Source of the DNA: an uncultured Gemmatimonadales bacterium
GTDB lineage: Bacteria > Gemmatimonadota > Gemmatimonadetes > Gemmatimonadales > GWC2-71-9
Direction of reading: 5' to 3'
DNA length: 64,000 bases
Assembly: GCA_963798915.1 (NCBI GenBank)
Contig: CAWCVB010000006.1
Coordinates: 416,001 to 480,000 of the forward strand
The position numbers were made by a program, and so were the translations under genes. A model generated the notes under the pieces. It was given only the letters and a program-made list of their open reading frames with translations. It did no database searches and had not been told where the DNA came from. Shown piece after piece: positions 40,260-49,550 of this stretch (position 1 is its first letter; each line of letters starts with the position of its first letter).

Positions 40260-40934
40260 CTACCCCAGCGTCTTGACGACGCTCTTGCTGATGGCCTTGA
40301 GCGTGTCAAAGACACCCTCGCCGCTGGCGGCGACGGCCTCGAAGAACGGCGCCCGCTCGATCCACTGGCCGTCCTGCTGCCAGACCAGGTATTCGCCGGG
40401 GTGCTCCGAATCGGCCAGGAGCCGCTGCCGGGCCGGGTCCTCGACTGGCCAGCCCGGATTGAGCGCCGCCTGCAGTTCTTCGACCGGGGCAGCATTGGGC
40501 AGGTCCCGCTTGTTGTACTGCACCACGAAGGGAAGTCTGGTGAGGTCGTACCCATGCTGGGTCATATTGTCATAGAGGTTCTGCATCGCTTCGATGTTGG
40601 CCTCCATCCGCTCGAGCTGGCTGTCGGCCACAAAGACGACGCCGTCCACGCCCTTCAGGATCAGCTTGCGTGAGGCGTTGTAATACACCTGACCCGGGAC
40701 GGTGTACAGGTGGAACTTCACCTTGAAGCCGCGAATGGTGCCCAGGTCCACCGGCAGGAAGTCGAAGAAGAGCGTCCGCTCGGTCTCGGTGGCCAGGGAA
40801 ATCATCTTCCCGCGCGCGCCCGGCGCCACCTTGTTGTAGACGAATTCGAGATTGGTCGTCTTGCCACCCAGGCCCGGTCCGTAGTAGACCAGCTTGCAGT
40901 TGATCTCACGGGAGGCGTAGTTGATCATGGACAT
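40260..40934 (-). CDS. mglA: MglA small GTPase
   Basis: [37 protein letters not shown] and NKRD. Confidence 0.95.
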   Translation of the reverse strand: MSMINYASREINCKLVYYGPGLGGKTTNLEFVYNKVAPGARGKMISLATETERTLFFDFLPVDLGTIRGFKVKFHLYTVPGQVYYNASRKLILKGVDGVVFVADSQLERMEANIEAMQNLYDNMTQHGYDLTRLPFVVQYNKRDLPNAAPVEELQAALNPGWPVEDPARQRLLADSEHPGEYLVWQQDGQWIERAPFFEAVAASGEGVFDTLKAISKSVVKTLG

Positions 40935-40949
40935 GCGTCGCGTGTCCCC

Positions 40950-41447
40950 TCAGGCCCCGAAAAGCCGGTCAATTTCGTCTTCCGCATCGCCCAGGAAACC
41001 GCTCTCCACGCGGGGCGAGGCCGCACTGTCTTCCGCACGGCTGAACATCTCGGTGAACACCGTATTGAGCTGGGTGACCGCGTGGCGCACCCGCAACTTG
41101 ACCAGGCCAAGGGTGGTGCTGTTATCGAAGAGCACGACCAGGATGACACGCCGTGCAATGTCCGCGAGGTACATGGACTCGCGCTCGCCCTGATGGAACA
41201 GGGCGCCAAATTCCGGCTCGCCCAGCATGCGCGCCAACTGATCGTTGGCGCTGAAGTCCGCGGCCGTGAGCGAGGCAAACGCCGTCGGATCGAACTGCAC
41301 CGGCTCGCCAACCGTGGCGACCAGCTGCCCGGTCCGGTCGACGATCAGCGCCGTGCGCGCGCTGGCGTCGCCAAGGAAGCCGTTCAGGATCTCGTCAATA
41401 CGGCGTGAATCGTCTTCACTGAATGACCAGCTTGAAGCACCAGGCAT
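40950..41447 (-). CDS. mglB: MglB roadblock/LC7 GAP
   Basis: LIVDRTGQL, FASLTAADFSA, LFHQGE and LGLVKLR; directly upstream of mglA. Confidence 0.92.
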   Translation of the reverse strand: MPGASSWSFSEDDSRRIDEILNGFLGDASARTALIVDRTGQLVATVGEPVQFDPTAFASLTAADFSANDQLARMLGEPEFGALFHQGERESMYLADIARRVILVVLFDNSTTLGLVKLRVRHAVTQLNTVFTEMFSRAEDSAASPRVESGFLGDAEDEIDRLFGA

Positions 41448-41459
41448 GCACGCCCGCCC

Positions 41460-41732
41460 TTACGCGAGTGAAGCTTCGAGTTTGCGGAGGATTCCTTCCC
41501 CGCGCCGGCGCAGCAGCGGCAGCGGCTCCCATGCAACGTAGTCGCGCAGCAGGCGTACCGTCTCGACACTCTCCTGGCCGGCGAGATAGCCCAGCGCCGC
41601 GAGTCGCCGCACCGGCCCCTGGTGAAAAAGGTCCTGGCGGTGATGCACATAGCGCTCCTGCGCCAGGGCCCAGCCGGCGATAATGCCCAGGCCGGCAGCC
41701 GCCGCAAAGACCGCGCCCCGGGAACGCATCAC
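41460..41732 (-). CDS. Small membrane-anchored hypothetical protein
   Basis: 90 aa with an N-terminal TM; 4-bp overlap with the recR stop. Confidence 0.7.
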   Translation of the reverse strand: MMRSRGAVFAAAAGLGIIAGWALAQERYVHHRQDLFHQGPVRRLAALGYLAGQESVETVRLLRDYVAWEPLPLLRRRGEGILRKLEASLA

Positions 41733-42316
41733 CCGACCTCCTGCCTGGCCGTGAGCGCATGCGCCAGCGTGACGCCATCGACGAACTCGAGGTCGCCACC
41801 CATGGGCAGCCCGCGTGCCAGCCGCGTCACCCGAACCGGAAGCGAGCCCAGCATCTGCTGGATATAGGTTGCCGTCACCTCGCCCTCCATCGACGGATTG
41901 GTGGCCAGGATCACTTCCCGCACGCCCCCGGCGCGGACCCGCTCCACCAGGCTGTCCAGGCGGAGCGATTCAGGACCGATGCCCTCGAGGGGCGAGAGCC
42001 GGCCGCCGAGCACATGATAGCGACCCCGGAATTCGGCCCGTTCCACCACCGGCACGGCGGATGGCTCCTCCACCACGCAGATCAGCGAGCTGTCCCGGCG
42101 TGGATCCCGGCAGATGTCACAGGGCTGTTCTTCTGTCAGGTTGCCACAGACCTGGCAGGGCTGGACTCGCTCGGCCACGGCGTCGAGTGCCCGGGCCAGC
42201 GCCCCGACCTGACCTGTCCCCTGTCCAAGGAGATGGAAGGTCAGGCGCTGCGCCGTCTTGCGGCCGATCCCAGGCAGGCGCGACAGCTCGGAAATCAGGG
42301 CCTCGATGGAACTCAC
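41729..42316 (-). CDS. recR: Recombination mediator RecR
   Basis: LPGIGRKTA HhH, C4 zinc finger and TOPRIM (ICVVE, EVILATN, EGEVT). Confidence 0.96.
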   Translation of the reverse strand: MSSIEALISELSRLPGIGRKTAQRLTFHLLGQGTGQVGALARALDAVAERVQPCQVCGNLTEEQPCDICRDPRRDSSLICVVEEPSAVPVVERAEFRGRYHVLGGRLSPLEGIGPESLRLDSLVERVRAGGVREVILATNPSMEGEVTATYIQQMLGSLPVRVTRLARGLPMGGDLEFVDGVTLAHALTARQEVG

Positions 42317-42319
42317 TGT

Positions 42320-42628
42320 TTACGACGGGCGGAGCGGCGCGCCGTCCGGCAACTTGGCGTATTCGGATTGCGCCAGATCGGCGGCCCAACGCTGGCCTTC
42401 GGCGACAGCGGCCAGGACAAGGTCCGAGACGAATTCAGCGTCCCTGGTGGCGAATGCCTCCGGGTCGATCTGCACCGCACGGACGGTCCCACGTCCGTCC
42501 ACGGAGATGCGAACCAGCCCGCCTCCGGCGCTAAAATCACGCGACTGACTGGCGAGCTCGGTGTCAATGGTCTGGAGCCGGCGGTGCATCTGCTGGCTGA
42601 TCTGCATCAATTGCTGAAAGTCGGCCAT
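42320..42628 (-). CDS. ybaB: YbaB/EbfC nucleoid-associated protein
   Basis: AGGGLV-ISVDG, IDP and DLVLAA; lies between dnaX and recR. Confidence 0.9.
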   Translation of the reverse strand: MADFQQLMQISQQMHRRLQTIDTELASQSRDFSAGGGLVRISVDGRGTVRAVQIDPEAFATRDAEFVSDLVLAAVAEGQRWAADLAQSEYAKLPDGAPLRPS

Positions 42629-42651
42629 GGGTTCCTGCGTCCCTCGGGTCG

Positions 42652-44349
42652 TTATTCCACGATCTCCAAATCTAATTCATCGGCGGCCGTATCGAGGGCC
42701 GCATCGCGGCGCCGGAGCCCCTTCAGGCGTTCGGACCGCATCGATTCCTCCGTCATCCTGAGCGGGGCGGTGCCCCCGGTCTCGCCTCCGGTGCTCCGGA
42801 GGTGGAACCGCACGGCGGCTCCCAGCACACTGGCCAGGAGAGCCTCGATTTCCCCTGCCTTCTGCTCGAGCGGCTCCTGGAAGAGCGGGCTCGCCTCACG
42901 CAGCGAGACCGTGACATCTGGCGGGCTCACCGCAACGACCTGAGTGCTCGCGAGGGCCTCGCCGAGGAAGCGCGACTGCTCCCGCATGACCTCGGCCACT
43001 GATGACCAGACGGCGCTGAGGCCAGCCAGCGAGAACTCGGCGCTCAGGGCGGCTGGGGCCGCCGACTGCGGGGCACGGATCGTCGAGTGTTCGGATGTCG
43101 GCTCCGCAGCCCGCATGGTCGGCGCCTGACGCTCGGCTCCTCCACGACTCGACCTCCTGACGCTCAGCTTCTCGACGCTCGACCTCTCGACGCCCGACCT
43201 CTCGACGCTTGCCTTTGCCTCGTGTCGCCCCAGCACTTCCTCCAGGTCTACCATCCGGTCCATCAGCGCCCAGCGAAGCAGCAAGGTCTCGGCCACCAGT
43301 CGGGGCTGGGCGCTGCGCCGGAGCGCTGACTCCTGATCAGCCAGCAGCTTCAACATTCGCAGCAGGTCGCCAGGCGCCAGCGCCTTGCCAACGCTATCCA
43401 GCGCCGCCCGGGCAGCTTCGGTGAGGCCCTGCGGCTGGGCCCCGACCTGGAGCATCAGCAGGGCGCGCAGCCACTCCCCCGCTGCTGCCATGAACTCGCC
43501 GAGGTCGGCGCCGGACTCGACCACTTCATCCACCAACTGAAAGACGGCCGCGGCCTCGTGCTCCGTGAGGGCCCGAAGCAGGCGCGCCAGCAGTTCGTCC
43601 GATGCCAGACCCAGCGTCTCGCGGACGCGCGCAGCCGTGATCTGTCCCTCGCCGAGGCTGAGGCACTGATCGAGCACCGACAGCGCGTCCCGCATGCCGC
43701 CGTCCGCGTGACGCGCGATCAGGGTAAGCGCGTCATCTTCAGCCCCGATGCCCTCCGCGTCGAGCACGGCACGGAGCCGGTCGCGAATGGCCCCAGGCCC
43801 GATCCGGCGAAAGTCCAGCCGCTGGAGCCGCGACATGATCGGCGCAGCGGTCGATTCGATCTTCTGCGGTTCGGTCGTGGCAAAGACAAACACCACGCGC
43901 GGCGGCGGCTCCTCGAGAATCTTGAGCAGCGCGTTCCATGCCTCGCGGGTGAGCATATGGGCCTCATCCACGATGTAGATCTTGTAATGGCCCTCCTGCG
44001 AGGCGGCATACATGGCCCGCTCGCGGAGGTCCCGCGCGTCGTCCACGCCGCGGTTGCTGGCGGCGTCGATTTCGACGACATCGAGACTGGCGCCGCCACT
44101 CCAGATTCGGATGCAGCTCTCGCAGACACCGCACGGGTCGCCAGCGGCGTCCCGATCAGGACAGTTGAGGGCCATGGCCAGGATCCGCGCGGCCGTGGTC
44201 TTCCCGACCCCACGGGGGCCCGTCAGCAGGTATCCATGGCCAATGCGATCCTGCGCGACAGCACCACGCAGGACAGCAGCGACGTGATCCTGCACCAGCA
44301 GGTCAGCGAAACGCTTGGGACGGTAGCGACGGGCGAGGCTGATGGTCAT
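42652..44349 (-). CDS. dnaX: DNA polymerase III subunit gamma/tau
   Basis: LARRYRP, GPRGVGKTT, EIDAASNRGVD, VDEAHML and LEEPP. Confidence 0.96.
   Translation of the reverse strand: MTISLARRYRPKRFADLLVQDHVAAVLRGAVAQDRIGHGYLLTGPRGVGKTTAARILAMALNCPDRDAAGDPCGVCESCIRIWSGGASLDVVEIDAASNRGVDDARDLRERAMYAASQEGHYKIYIVDEAHMLTREAWNALLKILEEPPPRVVFVFATTEPQKIESTAAPIMSRLQRLDFRRIGPGAIRDRLRAVLDAEGIGAEDDALTLIARHADGGMRDALSVLDQCLSLGEGQITAARVRETLGLASDELLARLLRALTEHEAAAVFQLVDEVVESGADLGEFMAAAGEWLRALLMLQVGAQPQGLTEAARAALDSVGKALAPGDLLRMLKLLADQESALRRSAQPRLVAETLLLRWALMDRMVDLEEVLGRHEAKASVERSGVERSSVEKLSVRRSSRGGAERQAPTMRAAEPTSEHSTIRAPQSAAPAALSAEFSLAGLSAVWSSVAEVMREQSRFLGEALASTQVVAVSPPDVTVSLREASPLFQEPLEQKAGEIEALLASVLGAAVRFHLRSTGGETGGTAPLRMTEESMRSERLKGLRRRDAALDTAADELDLEIVE
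43148..43207. repeat. 4x 15-bp (7+8) imperfect repeat inside the dnaX linker
   Basis: ctcgacc-tctcgacg units encoding SVERS GVERS SVEKL SVRRS. Confidence 0.8.
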
Positions 44350-44359
44350 GGGAAAGAAA

Positions 44360-44460
44360 GTGCCCCAGGCTCCCCGAAGCGACACCGGACATCGCTTAGC
44401 GCTGCTACCGGCGAGGTCCTGACGCGGTTCGCGCGCCAGCGCCCTTCGGACCTGGGGCAC
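44360..44460 (-). ncRNA. ffs: Signal recognition particle RNA (small, 4.5S type)
   Basis: Reverse strand gives a roughly 100-nt hairpin closed by GTGCCCCAGG/CCTGGGGCAC, with GAAC-N-GTCAGG...AGCAGC helix 8. It lies just upstream of dnaX, with TATATT at 44465-44470. Confidence 0.88.
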
Positions 44461-44539
44461 AGGAAATATAGCCGGGCCAGGGGGACGGCGGAAGGCTGCA
44501 CGCTGGGCACTTTGCGGGCTGCGCGCTCCGCATGGCGCC

Positions 44540-45469
44540 TCACTCCAGAACCGCCCGCTGATGCTGCTGCATCCGGCGCAACTCCCATGTTTCAGCCACC
44601 ACGCCTCCGAGCAGAAAGACCAGTGCGGTGTAGTAGACCCAGAGCACGAACAGGACGGCGGCGCCGATGTCGGCATTGCCGGCGGCCGCCCGCGCCGTGG
44701 CAAAATTGGCCAGGTAGAGCGCATAGAGCCGCTTGGCGAGCTCGAACATGATCGCCGTGAAGCAGGCAGCGAGCATCGCCGACAGCCACGGCAGCTTCCG
44801 GGCCGAGGCAAACCGATAGAGCACAAAGAAGAGCGAGATCGAGAATGCGACCGTCACGATCTCGCTCAGGATCCTGCCCCCGGCCGTCAGGAAGAATTGC
44901 AGGACCGGCGACGTGGTGAAGCCGCGCGAATCCAGCAGCGCGATCCCGGCGGTGAGCGCCGCGTTGAGCAGGAAGAGGGTCAGGGTGAAGACGACCATGC
45001 TCACATCGCGCAGCTTCCCGCGGGCCCAGGCAACCAGGAAGTTGCGCCGGGGCTGGGGTCGCAGGCCAACATCGAAGATGTGGTTGAGCGACGTCCGCAC
45101 GCCGGCGAACAGCCGGGTGCTGAACCAGATGAACGTCGGAATGGCGTAGAGGGATATCGTCTTGCTGTTCTTGGCCACTCCGGTCAGCAAGTCCTCAACC
45201 AGCTGGAAGGGATCACCCGCGGCCCCGAAGTGGGGCGGCATGAAGGCATGGAAGATCTCGCGGGGATTGGGACCGCTGCCGGCCACCGCCTGCAAGACCT
45301 GGGTGAGCCCGATCAACAACAGCAGGACAAACGGAACCGCCGCGAGCAGCGCATCGAACGTGACCCCGCTGGCCAGGAAGGGCACGCTGCTCTCATCGGC
45401 TGCCTGCAGCACCCGCCAGATGAAGCCGAGTGGCGAGCGGTACCAGTCGCCCTTTCTTCCGGCGCTCAG
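44540..45469 (-). CDS. YihY/virulence factor BrkB family membrane protein
   Basis: FLASGVTF-ALLAAVPF, RTSLNHIF, FELAKRLY and LWVYY. Start is CTG 45469 or GTG 45412. Confidence 0.88.
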   Translation of the reverse strand: MSAGRKGDWYRSPLGFIWRVLQAADESSVPFLASGVTFDALLAAVPFVLLLLIGLTQVLQAVAGSGPNPREIFHAFMPPHFGAAGDPFQLVEDLLTGVAKNSKTISLYAIPTFIWFSTRLFAGVRTSLNHIFDVGLRPQPRRNFLVAWARGKLRDVSMVVFTLTLFLLNAALTAGIALLDSRGFTTSPVLQFFLTAGGRILSEIVTVAFSISLFFVLYRFASARKLPWLSAMLAACFTAIMFELAKRLYALYLANFATARAAAGNADIGAAVLFVLWVYYTALVFLLGGVVAETWELRRMQQHQRAVLE

Positions 45470-45876
45470 CCCTTCGGTTCCTCAGGCATGGCCGGCGCCG
45501 CCTCCCGGCGGCGCCGGGAGCGCGCCTCGGCCAGCCGACGCTCGATTTCCTCCCGGGGTGACGGCTCCGGGACGGGCATCGGCGGCGCAGGGGTCGCCTC
45601 GTCCAGCTCGTCCTCAAACTCATCGATGGCCGACTCGGCGGCGCTGGCGACACGCCGCCCCGACCCAAAGCGCTCCACCAGCTCGTCGACGCGTTCCTCA
45701 GTGGCCGCTCGCAGTCGGCGGAGGCGGCGCTGCAGCGTCCGTCGAGTCTCCTCCCCGCTACGTGGCGCGTAGAGCAGCGCCATGCCGGCGCCCAGGAGCG
45801 CCCCCCAGAACAGCCACTTGGCCGACGAGTCGCTGCGCTCGACGAAGACTACTTCGGTTGGCTTGCCGCGGTGCAT
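45466..45876 (-). CDS. YtxH domain-containing protein
   Basis: GALLGAGMALLYAPRSGEETR. Confidence 0.88.
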   Translation of the reverse strand: MHRGKPTEVVFVERSDSSAKWLFWGALLGAGMALLYAPRSGEETRRTLQRRLRRLRAATEERVDELVERFGSGRRVASAAESAIDEFEDELDEATPAPPMPVPEPSPREEIERRLAEARSRRRREAAPAMPEEPKG

Positions 45877-45884
45877 GTCGCCTC

Positions 45885-47303
45885 CTATTCGCCGGCGTCG
45901 GCATCGTCCGTCGCGCGCACCAGCACCTTCTCCAGCGCCGCATGATGCTGCAGGGGCGCCGTGACGGTGCGATCCACAAGATCGGTGGTGCCATTCACGT
46001 TGAGTTGTTCGAAAAGAAAAGCGAACGTCCGTTCGAGATCACGTGCAATGGCCGTGCGGACCTCGGCAGGTAGTGCCCAGAGTTCCTGCTTGAAGGGCCC
46101 AATGGCCTTCTTGCGGGTCTTGTAGTAGAACTGTTCGTCCGTGTCACTTGCCTTCCGCTCGCCGGCCGCGTGCTCATCCAGCCAGACGTACATCCGCCGC
46201 CGAAGCTCGGCAGGGAGGCTGGGATGGTCAAACACGATGTTCTGAAAATTGGTGGCCAGGTGGATCTCGGCGGCCTCCACCCTGGGGAAATTGCCGAAGG
46301 CATTGCTGGGCAAGGTGCTCGCACCATGCTGGACCGCCCCGGCCAGCGCGTAGTCCTCGCGCGCCACGCGCGAAAGGTCACGCAGCGCGTCGAGGTCCAG
46401 CTTCACCTCCGCGATGGATCCGTCCGCCAGGACGACACCGCCATGTGACGTGCCGGTCTGCACCGAGATCTTGCTGATGCCGGCCTCGACGCCGAGCCGC
46501 TCGCACGCCCGGGTATACCCGTCCATGAACGCGCGCAACTCCGCGACCGTGCTGTTCTTGTGGCCGACTTCGCCGATTTCCGCACCGACCGACACCGTGA
46601 CGCCCTCGGGCTCCCGCTCACGAATGAACCGGGTGATCTCAGCCGCGCGCTCGTAATTGTCCTGCTGCTGCTCGGCCAGGCTTGGGCGCTCCAGGTCGAC
46701 GAGCGTGGACGTATCGACATCGATGTTGTAGAAGCCGGCCGCAACCTCCTCGGCGATCAGCTTCTTGACTTCGCCGACTTCCTTCTCGGGATCGGCGGCG
46801 TACTTGGCGGCGCTGACCTGACAATGGTCTCCCTGAATGAAGAGTGGCTGGCGAAAGCCCTCCCGCAGCGCGGCGCCGATCATCACTGCCACGTACTCCG
46901 CCGGACGCTGGTCGGTATAGGCAATTTCCGAACGCGCAATCTCGACAATCAGGGCGCCAACCTTGCCCGCCCTGGCCGCACGAAAGACCGCACGCCCGGA
47001 GTCGTATGCCATGGTCCGAATGTTGATCGCAGGCACGGTAAAGCCGGCGCCCTCACCCCGGCCGCGCGCCATGTAGAGCTCGTGAATCGACGCGGGCCGC
47101 ACGCCCTGCACCTGGCCGATTTCCCACAGCAGCCACCGCGCCGCCTCCCGGTCGTCGTCCCCGCCGAAGACCGCGCGCCAGACCAGACGATCCATGGCGT
47201 CGGACCGAAGTACCGCCGGATCTTCCACCACCACCCCACCGGGCACAACACCGACGCCGTTCCCGAAGAGTGCCTTTGCCAATGCTGCCGTTTCAGTCGC
47301 CAT
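45885..47303 (-). CDS. fba: Class II fructose-bisphosphate aldolase family protein
   Basis: FTVPAIN, EIARSEI, QGDH, EIGEVG, GTSHG and VQHGAS; next to pgi. Confidence 0.85.
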   Translation of the reverse strand: MATETAALAKALFGNGVGVVPGGVVVEDPAVLRSDAMDRLVWRAVFGGDDDREAARWLLWEIGQVQGVRPASIHELYMARGRGEGAGFTVPAINIRTMAYDSGRAVFRAARAGKVGALIVEIARSEIAYTDQRPAEYVAVMIGAALREGFRQPLFIQGDHCQVSAAKYAADPEKEVGEVKKLIAEEVAAGFYNIDVDTSTLVDLERPSLAEQQQDNYERAAEITRFIREREPEGVTVSVGAEIGEVGHKNSTVAELRAFMDGYTRACERLGVEAGISKISVQTGTSHGGVVLADGSIAEVKLDLDALRDLSRVAREDYALAGAVQHGASTLPSNAFGNFPRVEAAEIHLATNFQNIVFDHPSLPAELRRRMYVWLDEHAAGERKASDTDEQFYYKTRKKAIGPFKQELWALPAEVRTAIARDLERTFAFLFEQLNVNGTTDLVDRTVTAPLQHHAALEKVLVRATDDADAGE

Positions 47304-47382
47304 ACCGCTCCAACCTCTTTGCTGAAGATCCCCGCGGGCATGCTCGCCAAAGGTAGGCAGCCCGCACGGCGCGGCCAAGCGC

Positions 47383-48774
47383 CTAGGCCTCGTCGCCTGC
47401 CGACCGTGCCGAAATGGGCTCGTCGTAGCCCGCGCGCCCCATGGCGGTGTAGGTCAGCCGCTTCCCGAGCTCCACGCCCGGCTGGTCGAACGGGTCGATG
47501 TTGTACCAGATGCCCGCATAGCCGCACGCCACCTGGAAGAACATGAGCAGCTCCCCAAACGTCTCGGCGTCGAGCACGGGCAGCGTCAGGGTCATGTTGA
47601 GTCGACCCATGCGCGCCAGGGCCGAAGAGGTGGCCTCCAATTCGGCCCGGAGCAGCTCCTGCAGCGTGTGCCCCCGAAGGTATTCCTGTGCCTCGGGCGC
47701 GCCCTGGGGCACCGGGATGGTCACGTCCACCGCATGGTGCTCCACATCGATGAACGTGATCGCCTTGTCGTATGGTCCTTCCATGAAGAGCTGGACCTGA
47801 CTGTGCTGGTCCGTGGCTCCGACCGCGCCAATCGGTGTCGGGCCGGCATTGATAAGTTCGCCCCGGCGATCCAGGCGCTTGCCGAGACTCTCGGCCCAGA
47901 GCTGCCGGTACCATTCGGCAAACTCGCGCAGCTGGTCCGCATACGGCATGACGACATGAATGCGCGCTCCATGCCAGGTGTCCGCCGCCCACAACATCGC
48001 CGCATAGAGCGCCGGCGCGTTGGCCAGCAGGTCATCCGTCTCAGCGCGGTCTATCGTCCGGGCCGCACCCCGGAGCAAGGCCTCGATATCGATGCCGACC
48101 AGGGCGGCCGGCAGCAATCCCACGGGTGAGAGCACGCTGTAACGGCCACCGACGTCGGCCGGCACTGGCAGCGCCGGTATTCCCTCATCGCGGGCGATCT
48201 GCCGCAGCGCCCCCTGCTCCGGGTCGGTCGTGAAGACGAGATGCCGGGTCGCGGCCGCTCCCAGTGCCTCCTCGAGCCACTGCCGCACGACGAGATACTG
48301 CGCCATCGTCTCGCCAGTCCCGCCGGACTTGCTCACCACGTTCACCAGCACGCGCCTGGGATCGATCCGGTCCAATGTTGCACGAACGGTCACCGGGTCG
48401 ACGTTCTCGAGCACCGTAAGGCGCGGAAAGAATTCCCGCGCATCATCATCCAGTTCGTTCCAGGCCGGCAGCTTCAGCCCGTTCAGGAGCGCCTTCGTTC
48501 CCAGCGCGGAGCCGCCGATTCCAAGCACCAGCACGTGATCATGCGCCTGCCCCATGCCTTCGGCAAAGTTGAGGATCTCGCGCACCGTCTCTTCCTGGTG
48601 AACCAGCCCATAGAAGCCGTACTCGCCCTCCTTGCGGCGGGCGCGGAGTTCCGACTGGACCTTGGCAAAACGCCGGGCCAGGTCAGCGAGACGGTTGCGG
48701 GACAGGCCACGCTGCCCGTCGATGCCGCCATCGAGCGCATCCTCGAGCATCCGAGCGTAATGCAGCTTGATCAC
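47383..48774 (-). CDS. pgi: Glucose-6-phosphate isomerase
   Basis: GIGGSALG, SKSGGT, VGGRYS, QLWAESLGK, DQHSQ and FDQPGVELGK. Confidence 0.95.
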   Translation of the reverse strand: MIKLHYARMLEDALDGGIDGQRGLSRNRLADLARRFAKVQSELRARRKEGEYGFYGLVHQEETVREILNFAEGMGQAHDHVLVLGIGGSALGTKALLNGLKLPAWNELDDDAREFFPRLTVLENVDPVTVRATLDRIDPRRVLVNVVSKSGGTGETMAQYLVVRQWLEEALGAAATRHLVFTTDPEQGALRQIARDEGIPALPVPADVGGRYSVLSPVGLLPAALVGIDIEALLRGAARTIDRAETDDLLANAPALYAAMLWAADTWHGARIHVVMPYADQLREFAEWYRQLWAESLGKRLDRRGELINAGPTPIGAVGATDQHSQVQLFMEGPYDKAITFIDVEHHAVDVTIPVPQGAPEAQEYLRGHTLQELLRAELEATSSALARMGRLNMTLTLPVLDAETFGELLMFFQVACGYAGIWYNIDPFDQPGVELGKRLTYTAMGRAGYDEPISARSAGDEA

Positions 48775-49547
48775 GTTACCTCCACAACAAGTCCATCGTA
48801 CGCGGGCGCGATTCCAGGGGGTAGCGATAAAGCGAGGTCCGCATGCCCGGTCTCATGAGTCAGGTGGGTCAGGTACGTGCGGGCCGCACCCACCTCGCCC
48901 GCTACGGCGATCGCTTCGTCGATGCTCAAGTGGGTGGGATGCGGACGCCGCCAGAGCGCATTGAGGGCAAGCGTCGTCACCCCCTGCAGCGCCAAACACG
49001 CGGCAGGCGGCACCGCCTTCGCATCTGTAATGTATGCCAGCCGGCCAAATCGGTAACCAAAGACTCGCATCGGGCCATGTTGAAACGCCACGGGCAGTAC
49101 GCTGAGGCCTGCGATCTCCACGGGCTCACCTGGCTCGAGCGGGTGCGCCTCCAGTCGCGGCTTCGATGTTCCCGGCAGCGGTCGAATGTCGTCATCGAAC
49201 ACGTAAGCAAATGAACGTCGCAACCGGTCCATGGTTTCTGCAGGTCCATAAATCGGCAGCGGGTTGCCCGATCGTGCCGAGAACGCGCGCAGGTCGTCCA
49301 AGCCGGCGATGTGGTCGGCGTGCTCGTGAGTAAACAGCACGGCGTCGATCCGGGTGATCCCGTCACGAATGAGCTGCAGCCGAAGCTCGGGTGGCGTATC
49401 GATCAGGATGGCGCACTCGTCGGTCTCGACCAGCGCCGCCGACCGAGTCCGGTGATCACGCGGATCAGCCGATCGGCAGACGTCGCACCCGCATCCCACC
49501 TGGGGAATGCCAAATGACGTGCCCGTCCCGAGGAAGCGGAGTCGCAC
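48771..49547 (-). CDS. MBL-fold metallo-hydrolase (PhnP-like)
   Basis: LGTGTS-GIP, CGCDVC, THEHADH, AYITD and THLTH. Confidence 0.92.
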   Translation of the reverse strand: MRLRFLGTGTSFGIPQVGCGCDVCRSADPRDHRTRSAALVETDECAILIDTPPELRLQLIRDGITRIDAVLFTHEHADHIAGLDDLRAFSARSGNPLPIYGPAETMDRLRRSFAYVFDDDIRPLPGTSKPRLEAHPLEPGEPVEIAGLSVLPVAFQHGPMRVFGYRFGRLAYITDAKAVPPAACLALQGVTTLALNALWRRPHPTHLSIDEAIAVAGEVGAARTYLTHLTHETGHADLALSLPPGIAPAYDGLVVEVT

Positions 49548-49550
49548 GGC

